Of a DNA stretch of 64,000 nt, positions 10,563-20,834 are shown piece by piece. A program made the translations under genes and the position numbers. The stretch is taken from the IMG/VR virus record IMGVR_UViG_3300050821_001858, positions 32,001-96,000 of that record, one strand, 5' to 3'. The DNA comes from a virus. The first letter of the stretch is position 1. Each line of letters starts with the position of its first letter. Below the pieces are notes generated by a model. That model saw only the letters and a list, made by a program, of their open reading frames with translations. It was not told where the DNA came from and ran no database searches.

Positions 10563-10850
10563 ATGGTAGCAGAAGCCAAAGCAGTTCCAGATTTGCCTGC
10601 TAAGAGTACAGCGGCAAATACTGATAGAATAGTGTTTCTTTCTAATGCCGCTTCTAATGGGGGTAATGTATCGACCATTACCCTTTCCTTTTTGACTGGT
10701 AATTCATCATTATTCAATGTGGGTGTAACCGATCCAGCTAATTCAGCTTCTTGGTCCGGTCCTCCGGGGGTTTTGTTTTTCAGTAACACTTACGGCTATG
10801 TGTCCATTGCAAACAATTATCTTTTGAGGTTCCCCATCTCGACGTTTTAA
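10563..10850 (+). CDS. Hypothetical virion-associated protein
   Basis: ORF in late cluster. Confidence 0.6.
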   Translation: MVAEAKAVPDLPAKSTAANTDRIVFLSNAASNGGNVSTITLSFLTGNSSLFNVGVTDPANSASWSGPPGVLFFSNTYGYVSIANNYLLRFPISTF

Positions 10851-10859
10851 GGGGATTAG

Positions 10860-11246
10860 ATGGAAGTTCTTACTGAAAAAAATTTGATCCTTTATGCTGC
10901 CAAGAACTACCGAAATCCCTCGTGTCGCGATACTGAAGAATTCTACGAGGATATACGGCGAATCAAGTACATTAAGAAGCTGATTACACGTTATGTGGAG
11001 TCGGGTATTCTGAAAGAACGTCTAATACTCAATCATCTTATAGTTCTTTCAAACGTCTTCCCCCCCGAGGTATTATGTCGTATTTTATACCTCAAAATGA
11101 AACCTCAAATCAAATATTTGAAACCTTTCTTGTTATTTCTTAATGTTTTAACTGATAGGATTAAAAACATTGAAGAAGTAAATAGTACTGACACATCACT
11201 ATTTCCTATGGATGAAACGATACTAGAAAAGTTGAGGCAAATATGA
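10860..11246 (+). CDS. Conserved T4-like hypothetical protein
   Basis: YAAKNYRNP..EEFYEDIRRIKYIKKL..LKERLILNHLI motif. Confidence 0.8.
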   Translation: MEVLTEKNLILYAAKNYRNPSCRDTEEFYEDIRRIKYIKKLITRYVESGILKERLILNHLIVLSNVFPPEVLCRILYLKMKPQIKYLKPFLLFLNVLTDRIKNIEEVNSTDTSLFPMDETILEKLRQI

Positions 11247-11422
11247 GCAAAAAGGAACTTAAAGAAGACGCCCCAACGAATGCCCTTGGCGCATCATCTT
11301 CGACGCCTGGAACTGGCGCAATCGATACCTACGATCCGATTTTATTTCAACATAAGAAAATAGTGCGTAGAATTGTTGGCGTTTGGAAGGGTAAAAAAGA
11401 TGATCGAGGAATTCGAAGATAA
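11243..11422 (+). CDS. Small protein (LKEDAPTN motif)
   Basis: 59-aa ORF read manually, ATGA-coupled. Confidence 0.55.
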   Translation: MSKKELKEDAPTNALGASSSTPGTGAIDTYDPILFQHKKIVRRIVGVWKGKKDDRGIRR

Positions 11423-11762
11423 AACCTCCTTGGTCAAGGTTGAGAGCCCTTATATCTCCTTAGCCAGAATCGAGGAACGAATTAAAAATTTACAGCTTCT
11501 TGTTGAAAGGGATCGCCTTGAATCGACTAGGCACAATGCTGAGTTGAAAGATGACATCATTAAGATTGTAGAAGATTTCAAAAAGGATATGGTTTCTCGG
11601 GCAGATGATAATAAAAAGGAGATGGTTACTCGGGCTGAATTTGAACCAGTCAAAAAGATTGTTTATGGGATTGCTGGTTTTTTGATGTTAGGTATTGGTG
11701 GTTTGATAATGTCATTCGTTACAAAAGGATTATTATTGGCTCCCATAATTGGGGGGCATTAA
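11400..11762 (+). CDS. Coiled-coil protein with C-terminal TM helix (holin-like candidate)
   Basis: Hydrophobic C-terminus IVYGIAGFLMLGIGGLIMSFV. Confidence 0.5.
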   Translation: MIEEFEDKTSLVKVESPYISLARIEERIKNLQLLVERDRLESTRHNAELKDDIIKIVEDFKKDMVSRADDNKKEMVTRAEFEPVKKIVYGIAGFLMLGIGGLIMSFVTKGLLLAPIIGGH

Positions 11763-12221
11763 ATGAGAAGGTTCTTTGCGAATTTAATTCTAATACCGTT
11801 GTATATTTTTCTCGCTGTTCTCTTTTATTGGATGGCTGAATCACGATTTACATTTCCGACGCGCGTAGAATCACATAGTATTTTAACACCTGAAGTAGCG
11901 GCTGGTCAGAACCTTCATTTTGAAACAAAATTTTTTCGTTTGGCATCTTGTCGAGTTAGTCGTTCTCAGTTTTTATTGAATGGAGACAGACAAATTCGAT
12001 TGCATAACGAGGAATATTATATTGAAGCAGACGTTTCAATATTAGATGTTCAAAATCTTGTACATATACCTAAAGATGTTGAACCCGGGTTGTATGAATT
12101 TTATGTGCAAACAACATATTTCTGTAATCCAACTGATTATATTATGACGAGAACTCGTACCATTGATTATGGACGGGTTACTGTATTACCTTATAACGCA
12201 GACCACAAAAGACCTGAGTAG
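11763..12221 (+). CDS. Membrane-anchored protein, paralog A
   Basis: N-terminal TM; colinear with next ORF (QTTYFCNP). Confidence 0.7.
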   Translation: MRRFFANLILIPLYIFLAVLFYWMAESRFTFPTRVESHSILTPEVAAGQNLHFETKFFRLASCRVSRSQFLLNGDRQIRLHNEEYYIEADVSILDVQNLVHIPKDVEPGLYEFYVQTTYFCNPTDYIMTRTRTIDYGRVTVLPYNADHKRPE

Positions 12222-12230
12222 TTCTAAATA

Positions 12231-12770
12231 ATGGAACCAGATATGAATAAGAACCTGATACAGAGATTATATCCATGGTTGCTTTTAGCCCCTCTATATT
12301 TGTTTTTGGGGTTGATGTTTTATTGGTTAGTTGAATCCAAAACTACTTTTCCTTCTTCGGTTATATCCAAAAGGGTGTTAAACCCAGAACTTCATTCAGG
12401 ACAGAACCTTTTTACGGAAGGTGTGTTCAAGAGAGATACACAATGTCGAATTAATCGTATTCATACCTTAGTCAATGATTTTCGACAAATTCGAGTTGGA
12501 AATGATGATTATTATATCTATCCTGATAATCTTCCAATTGCTATACAAAATGTTATTAACATTCCTATTGACGTACAACCGGGAGAGTATCAATATATAA
12601 TTCAGACGACTTATTTCTGTAATCCAATGGATTATTTGATAGGTAGACATCGTGATGTGCCTTATGGTAAAGTTACGATCCTTCCTCCGGTGACAACAAC
12701 ACCACAACCTGTGGTACCCGCTCCGGTGAATCCACCCGTAAAGGGAACGAACACTCAACAGCGAAAATGA
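12231..12770 (+). CDS. Membrane-anchored protein, paralog B
   Basis: N-terminal TM; shares GQNL, RQIR, IPxDVxPG, QTTYFCNP with previous ORF. Confidence 0.7.
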   Translation: MEPDMNKNLIQRLYPWLLLAPLYLFLGLMFYWLVESKTTFPSSVISKRVLNPELHSGQNLFTEGVFKRDTQCRINRIHTLVNDFRQIRVGNDDYYIYPDNLPIAIQNVINIPIDVQPGEYQYIIQTTYFCNPMDYLIGRHRDVPYGKVTILPPVTTTPQPVVPAPVNPPVKGTNTQQRK

Positions 12771-12772
12771 TG

Positions 12773-12801
12773 TTGACAGGTCGAAGGTTTTAGGGCATAA
12801 T
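12773..12801 (+). promoter_or_regulatory. Sigma70-type promoter
   Basis: TTGACA-N17-CATAAT just before primase ATG. Confidence 0.7.
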
Positions 12802-12807
12802 TACCGA

Positions 12808-13839
12808 ATGGGTTGGCTTGAGACAAAATATGCCTTGATGTTGTCGTCAAGGCTTAGAAATTTCAAACAAAAATCCGGTGCTCTTCTTGAATTTTCGTGT
12901 CCTTTCTGTGGGGATTCGCAAACCAACAAGCGCCGTACCCGCGGTTATCTCTATGAAAAAGATGGAGAAATGCACTTCTACTGTCACAATGCTTGTGGTG
13001 GCATGGGTTTTACTAACTTCTTGAATCGAATGGATGTTCAACTTTGCATTGAGTACAAATTGGAACGTTTGAAAGAAGAAGGTAGACCGGCTCCTGATTA
13101 TAAGAAGTTTATTGCTAAACCTACGTTTGATGTACATCAAGCTACTAAGGATTTTGAGAAGCTTCCAACGATTTCCTCTTTGCCTTGGAATCATCCTGCT
13201 AAGGTTTACATACAGGATCGAAAGATTCCAAATTATTGGCACTCTCAAATTCGATGGGCTAAACTATTTCAGACATGGGTAAACGAGTATATGCTTCCGG
13301 GAAAGTATGAAGATGTGAGCATGGATGAAGGTCGATTGGTCATCCCTTTCATGAATGAAAAGAACAAAGTCTTTGCTTATCTTGGACGTGCTATCTCGAA
13401 TAATTCTGTACGTTATATGTTGAATGTTTTAGAGCACTCAGAACCTCTAATCTGGGGGCGAAATTATGTGAAGCTTCATAAGCGTAAGTATAAGGTACCA
13501 GTGACCGAGGGTCCAATCGATGCTATGTTTCTTTATGGTATGGCGATGAATGGAGGTAATTTCGCCCCCCTTCTTGATTTAGCTGAGCGGGACAAGTTTG
13601 TTCTTGTCTATGATAACGAACCTCGTTCCAAAGACACTCGTAAGAAAATGCTTCATGCTATAGAGAATAATTTTCCTATTTGTATTTGGCCAGATAATAT
13701 TGAATATAAAGACATTAACAAGATGGTTCTTGAAGGGTATTCGGTAGATCACATTTGGTCTATTATTGAAAAGAATACTTTCCAAGGTACGGTCGCAAAA
13801 TTAAAATTGCAACATTTCAGCAAAGTGGGATTGACATGA
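12808..13839 (+). CDS. 61: DNA primase (T4 gp61-like)
   Basis: CPFCGDS..CHNAC zinc finger, EGPIDAMFL, YDNEPR TOPRIM, KDIN. Confidence 0.96.
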   Translation: MGWLETKYALMLSSRLRNFKQKSGALLEFSCPFCGDSQTNKRRTRGYLYEKDGEMHFYCHNACGGMGFTNFLNRMDVQLCIEYKLERLKEEGRPAPDYKKFIAKPTFDVHQATKDFEKLPTISSLPWNHPAKVYIQDRKIPNYWHSQIRWAKLFQTWVNEYMLPGKYEDVSMDEGRLVIPFMNEKNKVFAYLGRAISNNSVRYMLNVLEHSEPLIWGRNYVKLHKRKYKVPVTEGPIDAMFLYGMAMNGGNFAPLLDLAERDKFVLVYDNEPRSKDTRKKMLHAIENNFPICIWPDNIEYKDINKMVLEGYSVDHIWSIIEKNTFQGTVAKLKLQHFSKVGLT

Positions 13840-14114
13840 TCGGAATTTTAGTATATTGTGCGTTCTTCGTTGTCACCGGGTTTGTTTTGACCCTGTGGTT
13901 TGAAAAGAGTTCTACGGATAAAAGAGCGTGGCTTAAAGAGGAAGGTGATACAGCTTTTTGGTTGTTCACCGTTGTCTTTATAGCATGTGTTTTTATCGAT
14001 CCTTGGGTATCACAAGCACTGGTAAGTCTTTTCGTCGGTTATATGACAAGGCTGTATTGGGTTTTGGTTCAACTAGATAATGGAGAAAATGATGACTTTG
14101 AAGCAGAAGAGTGA
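13836..14114 (+). CDS. Membrane protein
   Basis: Three hydrophobic segments. Confidence 0.6.
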   Translation: MIGILVYCAFFVVTGFVLTLWFEKSSTDKRAWLKEEGDTAFWLFTVVFIACVFIDPWVSQALVSLFVGYMTRLYWVLVQLDNGENDDFEAEE

Positions 14115-14745
14115 ATATAATATTGGTGAAAAGGTTGTTATCTTTTGTAACAACGTGGAAACCGATGGCATCGTTGCTGACGTGAAATATGATCTTGGAA
14201 GTGAGGTTCAATATATCATTCACATTGCAATAGACTGTTATGAGTGCCGTCCGGGTGAGTATGTTTGGATGGATGAGGAAAAGGAAACAAACGACAAGGA
14301 TGCCAAGATCGAAGCCCTTCTTGCTGATCTTGACGATATTTTTGATGAGTTGACCGATTTGTCAACTCCCGGTCATCCGGTTATTCCGTTCATGTTTTTG
14401 GGTATCATCAACGGTGATCGCTTGGATTTCCACACCCTCACTCCCGACGAAGGTGAATCCTTTGAAATTGGGGACGAAAACGAGGTTGATTTCTCGGCAG
14501 CGAAGGGTCTTCCGGTTTTGAGTGATATTGGACTGTATCACCCCGATGACCAGCCTGTGACTGACGAGGATGATCTTCCTCCTACGTGCGCTGATTATCC
14601 TGATTGCGTATGTGGACAGATGGATATTGCTCTTTATGGGGCACCACTCGAAGTGAAGTCTACGGAACGTGCTGACGATAAGCCTGAGGCTGAAAGTTCG
14701 ACACTCGGTGATATTCTTGACGCTGTGTTGAAGAACAAGAAGTAA
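14080..14745 (+). CDS. Acidic hypothetical protein
   Basis: D/E-rich ORF followed by terminator. Confidence 0.7.
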   Translation: MEKMMTLKQKSEYNIGEKVVIFCNNVETDGIVADVKYDLGSEVQYIIHIAIDCYECRPGEYVWMDEEKETNDKDAKIEALLADLDDIFDELTDLSTPGHPVIPFMFLGIINGDRLDFHTLTPDEGESFEIGDENEVDFSAAKGLPVLSDIGLYHPDDQPVTDEDDLPPTCADYPDCVCGQMDIALYGAPLEVKSTERADDKPEAESSTLGDILDAVLKNKK

Positions 14746-14765
14746 GGTGCGGTCCAGACACCATG

Positions 14766-14794
14766 CCCGACACCTTTCGGGGTGTCGGGTTTTT
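14766..14794 (+). terminator. Rho-independent terminator
   Basis: CCCGACACC/GGTGTCGGG hairpin plus T-run. Confidence 0.85.
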
Positions 14795-15319
14795 CCTTTG
14801 GAACGTTAGGGAATATCTCCGATAAGTTGGCGCGTCCATCATGACTTGCCTGAGGCTAACGGTAGGGCATTTAAGAACAAAGGATGAACATATGTCGCAT
14901 CATGTACAATGTCATTTAACAGACGAAAAGAAAGAAGTTCATTATCATTGTTGGCTTCCCGAAGATTATGCAATACCGGGAAAATCAATAGAAGTTAAAA
15001 TGGATGACGGGGAATGGCACCCATTTATTGTAGAGAATGCTTGGACACGTCTCCCCACTCCTGTTGTACGAGAGCGATCTCAGGATTATAAGAAAACAAG
15101 GAAAGCTAGTGACATATAATATATACATACAAACAAATGATGATGCTTTTTTCTGTGTTAAGAAGGATGGAGAGATATTAGATTATTCAGATTATCACGA
15201 GGCTGTTGAATATGCTAAGAACATATTCGAAATGTATTTTGGTACTGGTTGGCAACCTCGAAAAGTAACAATTACAATCGAAAAAAAAGATTGGAAAGAA
15301 ACTAGAAAAAGAGGGTGGA

Positions 15320-16153
15320 ATGACAATAGAAATAAAAGGAATCAAGGATAGTATAAGTCCTGATGAAGTTAGAATAACAACGTTTCAATTGAGGTATCCT
15401 CGATTTATTCACGCTGAGTTTATGACGCATCGTGTGTTTTCACGTAATGCGTCTTCTTCGCGTGCGATCCCAATCAAGAAACAGATTGAAGCCATTATTA
15501 AAGACCCGGCTATTCCTATGCATTGGGGTAAAAACCAAAAGGGAATGCAAGCTGAGTTTGAATGTAATGAAGCTGTGAGGATTGCCGGATTGGATTTTAC
15601 CAATCGTGATGCGTGGCTCTATGCCATGGAAAAAGCAATCGAAATTGCTGAAGCATTTGACAGAGCCGGTTATCACAAACAGATTGTGAACCGACTCCTT
15701 GAACCATTTTCCCATATTAATGTGCTGTGCACTTCGACTACTTATTCGAATTTTATTGCTTTGCGTAATCACAAAGATGCAATGCATGAAATGCAGGTAA
15801 TTGGAGCGACGTTCGCCGAATATCTCAAAGAACCCCCACAGCAAGTTTTGGCACAAGGGAAGTGGCATTTACCATATGTTGATACGACGGATGGGGAGTT
15901 TGTTAAACAGTCGGTAGCTAGATCGGCTCGCCTTTCATATCTTACATTTGATATGAAGGAATCGACCCTGGATGATGATTTGCTTCTTTATGACAAACTG
16001 GTAGGTTCACATCCTATTCATGCATCACCGGCTGAGCATCAAGCAACACCCGACTATAAGTTGCAAAATGGTAATTGGCTCAACCCTAGCAAGCATGGTA
16101 ACCTTACGGGTTATATCCAGTATCGTAAGTTATTGGTCGGAGAATCTTTATGA
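15320..16153 (+). CDS. thyX: Flavin-dependent thymidylate synthase (ThyX-like)
   Basis: EFMTHRVFSRNASSSRAIP, HKQIVNRLLEPF, HASPAEHQA. Confidence 0.88.
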   Translation: MTIEIKGIKDSISPDEVRITTFQLRYPRFIHAEFMTHRVFSRNASSSRAIPIKKQIEAIIKDPAIPMHWGKNQKGMQAEFECNEAVRIAGLDFTNRDAWLYAMEKAIEIAEAFDRAGYHKQIVNRLLEPFSHINVLCTSTTYSNFIALRNHKDAMHEMQVIGATFAEYLKEPPQQVLAQGKWHLPYVDTTDGEFVKQSVARSARLSYLTFDMKESTLDDDLLLYDKLVGSHPIHASPAEHQATPDYKLQNGNWLNPSKHGNLTGYIQYRKLLVGESL

Positions 16154-16447
16154 AAAAATTTGAATATCTATTACGTTATGTTGAATTGCGTCAACCTGTA
16201 ACTTCAGTCAAAACTTTGAATGGGTTGGGTCAAGAAGGATGGGAATTAATTGCGATCCTTCACGATATCGGCTATTTTAAAAGGGAACTTGTAGAAAGTT
16301 ATGAACCTCTTGCGGTTCTGAACGAAGACTACTAACGATAAATAAATTCAATAACTAGTTCTCCCAATATCCTAAGCTAACGTGTAGCGCACGGAGCAAT
16401 TTTGTGCGTGCATGGTCTATTATTGTCTAAAAAGGAAGAAGAAGAAA

Positions 16448-18481
16448 ATGCTCGTAAAAACTAAAGAGGCTTTATTAAATGATGTTTCTACCGGAACCGT
16501 GCCGCAGGCTTTTATCAATTCAGGAAGATATTTTGAAACACTTTTTCAAGAATACGTTTATGTATCCCGGTATTCGAGATTTGTACACGAGTTGGGACGA
16601 CGAGAATCGTGGAGTGAGACAGTTACAAGGTATTTTGACTTCTATACCACTCATCTTCGCGAAAGATGTGGATATGAATTATCCGCCGTTCTGAGAAATG
16701 AATTGGAACAGGCTGTTTTGAACCTTGAGGTTATGCCTTCAATGCGTTGTCTTATGAGTGCAGGACCAGCACTTGTACGTGACGAAATGGCTGGTTTTAA
16801 TTGTTCCTATGCTACTGTTGATAATCCTAAGGTATTTGCCGACATTCTATATATTTTGATGGTTGGAACTGGTGTCGGTTTTTCGGTTGAGCGTCAATAT
16901 GTAAATAAGTTACCGGAAGTTCCCGAAGAGTTGTATCCAACTGATACAACCATTGTAATTGCTGATTCCAAGATCGGATGGGCAAAGGGATTAAATGAGT
17001 TAATTTCTATTCTGTATACCGGTTGTATCCCCAAGGTGGATTATTCCAGGGTGCGCCCGGCTGGCTCGGTATTAAAGACCTTCGGAGGGCGCGCTTCTGG
17101 TCCTGAGCCTCTTAAGCGTTGTTTTGATTATATCGTTTCGACGTTTAAAGAGGCAAAGGGTCGTAAGCTTACGTCTCTTGAATGTCATGATATGGTTTGT
17201 ATGATAGGAGAATGTGTTGTATCTGGTGGTGTTAGGCGTTCTGCTACTATTTCTTTGTCTAATTTGTCTGATGATCGTATGCGTACAGCTAAGTCGGGTC
17301 AATGGTGGAATACAACGCCTTGGCGATCACTTGCAAACAATTCGGCAGTATATAATGATCGAAGACCCTCCATGGACGTGTTCATGTCGGAATGGTTTTC
17401 CCTGCATGCCTCCAAGTCAGGAGAAAGAGGCATCTTCTCAAGGTTCGCAGCTAAAAATGTCATCGAACGATCAAACGCTTTTAGAAAAGAATTCTGTGGT
17501 GATATCGAAGGTATCCGATATCGAGATGTTGACTTCGAATGGGGGTGCAATCCGTGTTCGGAAATAATTCTTAGACCAAACGAAGTCTGTAATCTAACAG
17601 AAATCGTTGTACGTGAAAATGATACTTTAGAGACGTTGCTTCGTAAGGCTCGAATTGCATCGATCCTTGGGACGTTTCAGGCAACTCTAACTCATTATCG
17701 TTTTCTTTCCAAGAAATGGCAACATAATGCTGAAGAGGAAAGATTGCTTGGTGTATCTTTGACAGGTATTATGGATAATCCAGTATTGGCGGGTGAAAAT
17801 GTCGATAAACTTAAGGATTGGCTTACTCAGATGCGAAGGGAAGTTATTAAAACTAATGTTGAGATCGCTAGCGACCTTAATATACCTTCTAGTACTGCAA
17901 GTACATGTATCAAACCTAGCGGAACCGTGTCTTCGCTTGTCGATTCTGCTGCTGGAATACACGGTCGTCATTCCCCTTATTATCTTAGGACAATTAGGTC
18001 TGATAAGAAAGACCCATGTGCACAAGTCATGATCGATGCTGGTGTTCCTTATGAGGATGATATTATGCGTCCTGATCATAATATGGTATTCACCTTCCCT
18101 ATGAAGAGCCCCCTAAGTTCTAAGAAGAGAGAGAATGCAACAGCTATTGATCAATTGAACTTCTGGCTTCTATATCAGATGTATTGGTGTGATCATAAGC
18201 CTTCTGTTACTATTTCAGTAAGGGATGATGAATGGATGGATGTAGGAGCATGGGTATACGCTCACTTTGAATATATGTCAGGTGTTTCGTTCCTTCCTTA
18301 TGCTGATCATGTTTATTCCCAGGCTCCTTATCAAGAGATAACGGAGAAGGAATATCATGAGTGGCAAGCAAAGATGCCTCAAAATATTGACTGGTCCACT
18401 CTGACTAAATATGAGAGTAACGATTTAACAATTGGGTCACAAAACTTCGCTTGTGTTTCAAAAGAAGGATGTGACCTTTAA
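16448..18481 (+). CDS. nrdJ: Class II (B12-dependent) ribonucleotide reductase
   Basis: PSMR, FNCSY, GTGVGFS, GGVRRSA, NPCSEI, TCIKPSGT, C-terminal Cys pair; no beta subunit nearby. Confidence 0.92.
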   Translation: MLVKTKEALLNDVSTGTVPQAFINSGRYFETLFQEYVYVSRYSRFVHELGRRESWSETVTRYFDFYTTHLRERCGYELSAVLRNELEQAVLNLEVMPSMRCLMSAGPALVRDEMAGFNCSYATVDNPKVFADILYILMVGTGVGFSVERQYVNKLPEVPEELYPTDTTIVIADSKIGWAKGLNELISILYTGCIPKVDYSRVRPAGSVLKTFGGRASGPEPLKRCFDYIVSTFKEAKGRKLTSLECHDMVCMIGECVVSGGVRRSATISLSNLSDDRMRTAKSGQWWNTTPWRSLANNSAVYNDRRPSMDVFMSEWFSLHASKSGERGIFSRFAAKNVIERSNAFRKEFCGDIEGIRYRDVDFEWGCNPCSEIILRPNEVCNLTEIVVRENDTLETLLRKARIASILGTFQATLTHYRFLSKKWQHNAEEERLLGVSLTGIMDNPVLAGENVDKLKDWLTQMRREVIKTNVEIASDLNIPSSTASTCIKPSGTVSSLVDSAAGIHGRHSPYYLRTIRSDKKDPCAQVMIDAGVPYEDDIMRPDHNMVFTFPMKSPLSSKKRENATAIDQLNFWLLYQMYWCDHKPSVTISVRDDEWMDVGAWVYAHFEYMSGVSFLPYADHVYSQAPYQEITEKEYHEWQAKMPQNIDWSTLTKYESNDLTIGSQNFACVSKEGCDL

Positions 18482-18497
18482 TTATAGGGGTCACATT

Positions 18498-19160
18498 ATG
18501 TCTAAAATAGCTTGGCCACACGATGATAATGAAACGTTGATCAAGTTTTATGGAACGCCAGGAATGGTCAAACTAAGAGACTTTGTTCCTCCGTTCCAAA
18601 TGATCGATGCTGACACCAAAAAGCCAGTAAAATCGTTTGAAGTGCACCCCAAGTGTTTTAATGCTTTTGCCCAAGTGTTCCAAGAAATATGGGATAAGTG
18701 TAATCATGATCAGTCAGTTATTGAAAAGTATCATCTTCATCTTTTTGGTGGTTCTTACAATAAACGTCTTGTTCGTGGTTCCACCTCTCATTGGTCTGTT
18801 CATGCTTTTGGTGCTGCCATCGATATTAATCCTGCTGGTGCTCCCATGGCAGTCGATGAGCGACCTACGCAAGAAAATATGCCTGACTTTGCGGTTGAAG
18901 CCTTCAAACGAGCGGGAGCAACCTGGGGTGGAGACTTTCAACATCGCAAGGACTGGATGCACTTCCAATTCGTCTATGAAGGGAAACAGACGTTCTTTGA
19001 ACCTGTAGTAATGCCTGTAAGTAATGTTGTAATTCAATCGAATACTTCAGTATTTTCTAATACTACCAAACATCCTGTAGTTATTAATACTACTCCTATT
19101 CCTATAGAATCCCCTAGTATCTTTGACAACCTTCTCGATAAACTTAAGCACATATTGTGA
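18498..19160 (+). CDS. M15-family peptidoglycan peptidase (endolysin candidate)
   Basis: R..RG..WSVHAFGAAIDIN..WGG..DWMHFQ. Confidence 0.88.
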   Translation: MSKIAWPHDDNETLIKFYGTPGMVKLRDFVPPFQMIDADTKKPVKSFEVHPKCFNAFAQVFQEIWDKCNHDQSVIEKYHLHLFGGSYNKRLVRGSTSHWSVHAFGAAIDINPAGAPMAVDERPTQENMPDFAVEAFKRAGATWGGDFQHRKDWMHFQFVYEGKQTFFEPVVMPVSNVVIQSNTSVFSNTTKHPVVINTTPIPIESPSIFDNLLDKLKHIL

Positions 19161-19167
19161 GGCTTGT

Positions 19168-19578
19168 ATGACCATAACCTTTACTGGAAAACACATCACT
19201 TGGTTCCTTCCGAAGCCTTATAAGTGGGTTGACAGTAAGGGCTATCAATGGTATGATCGGGGGGCGTTTAATAATGGGGAAGGTCCCAACGCTTCGGGAC
19301 TGCCTTTCGAGACACCGGGTTTTGCGTTCCATAATGAGAACCATACGCTTGGGGGTTGGTGGCAAATTGATATTCCTGATATTAAAAAAAGGATTATAAC
19401 CCGACAGACTGACATTGGTCCTCGTAAGCCTGTTATTGATTTAAATGCGATGCTTGCATTTGAATTATTTGGGACTGAAATGAAGGCTGATGCTAATGAT
19501 AACCATCAATGGACTATAACCTATCTTGGAAAGCAATTGCCTAATAATGTAAAAGAAGGAATAACTGATCTTGATTAA
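19168..19578 (+). CDS. RlpA/DPBB-like lytic transglycosylase candidate
   Basis: TDIGP...VIDLN resembles RlpA DRGP...IDLS. Confidence 0.5.
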   Translation: MTITFTGKHITWFLPKPYKWVDSKGYQWYDRGAFNNGEGPNASGLPFETPGFAFHNENHTLGGWWQIDIPDIKKRIITRQTDIGPRKPVIDLNAMLAFELFGTEMKADANDNHQWTITYLGKQLPNNVKEGITDLD

Positions 19579-19808
19579 TTATCTTCGTAATTCAAATGTG
19601 AAAATATCTATTGATCTAAATCCGTTCTATTGGAGATTTCATTTTGATAGGATACTTCCTTCTCAATATGATCCATATTTACGTGTTTGGTGGTGTCAAC
19701 TTTTGTTCTTAAACTTGTGGATGGTAATAGATAATGGCAAGATCGTTTTGGACCCCCTTGAACAGATTGAAGTCAAAGAGGAAGAGGAAGATCATCCATA
19801 AATACTGG

Positions 19809-20246
19809 ATGTGTGATTGGACATTCGAAGGTAAACCAGTAGATTTTGAATCCACAGCCGAGTATTTTGGATTTGTCTACTCGATAACAAACAGACTTAC
19901 CGGTAAGAAATACATCGGTAAGAAAAAGCTTAAATTTACAAGATCAAGAAAAGTCAAAGATTCTAAGCGTCGGGTTCGTGTTGTAAAGGAATCTGATTGG
20001 AAGGAATACTATGGCTCTTCTAAGGAACTTGCCAAAGATATTCATAAGCACGGCAAGGAATGCTTTGATCGGGAAATTCTTCGTTGGTGCAACAGCGCCG
20101 GGGAGTGTTCCTATTGGGAACTTTGGTACCAGATGACGAACCATGTCCTTCTGAATCCAGCAAATTTTTACAACAATTACGTCGGCGCTCGGATACATCG
20201 CAAGCACCTGATGAAAAAATATCTTGACGAGATTGAAGAGACGTGA
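19809..20246 (+). CDS. GIY-YIG endonuclease (T4 EndoII-like)
   Basis: GFVYSITNRLTGKKYIGKK, ESDWKEYYGSS, FYN. Confidence 0.85.
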   Translation: MCDWTFEGKPVDFESTAEYFGFVYSITNRLTGKKYIGKKKLKFTRSRKVKDSKRRVRVVKESDWKEYYGSSKELAKDIHKHGKECFDREILRWCNSAGECSYWELWYQMTNHVLLNPANFYNNYVGARIHRKHLMKKYLDEIEET

Positions 20247-20563
20247 TATAAGCTTCCTATGGTTGATGAAATTCAAATTTCTACGTGGGTTAAACGTGAA
20301 AATGAAAGGAATTCTAGATAATGCCACACCCTCATAAAAATCGCCCTCGAACGGGGCGTCGTAAGATTGGTTCAAAGAAGCGTCGAAAGAAACAGCAACA
20401 GAAGAGTATGAAGAGATGATCCCCGGATTGTTCTTTTTTGTCGTGATGGCAGTTATCTTCGGATGGTTTGTTCTTCAAGCCCTCCGAAGTAATATTGTGG
20501 TAATTCTAATTGCCTTTGTCGTTGTTTGTTATATGATCAAGGATAATCAGAATTTTGAACCTG

Positions 20564-20779
20564 TTAACTTTTATTTACGTCAGTTATATAGTCAATAATA
20601 ATCCTTTTGGTTGTCGATTTACCATGTAAAGTATTCAAAATGTTCTTTGCTGCATAGAGGTAAAGGGTTCCTAATAGATGGAGATCATTTGTATCGTCAG
20701 TCATTTGAATCTGAGACTCAATATTGGAGTACAAGTTCTTTAGTTTCTTAAGTTTTTTGGTGTCTTCCACGGCTCCCAA
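20564..20779 (-). CDS. Hypothetical protein
   Basis: Minus-strand ORF with GGAGAGGA RBS, divergent from GH25 gene. Confidence 0.5.
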   Translation of the reverse strand: MGAVEDTKKLKKLKNLYSNIESQIQMTDDTNDLHLLGTLYLYAAKNILNTLHGKSTTKRIIIDYITDVNKS

Positions 20780-20834
20780 TGTATCCTCTCCCTAAATATG
20801 AGTAACACTTCATTACTTATCTTAGGGAGAGATT

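Noticed and set aside
16336-16447. Cobalamin riboswitch upstream of nrdJ
   Set aside because: Intergenic region is short and lacks a recognisable B12 box
11-18481. Introns or inteins in polymerase, helicase or RNR
   Set aside because: ORFs are continuous, of expected length, and show no intein splice motifs
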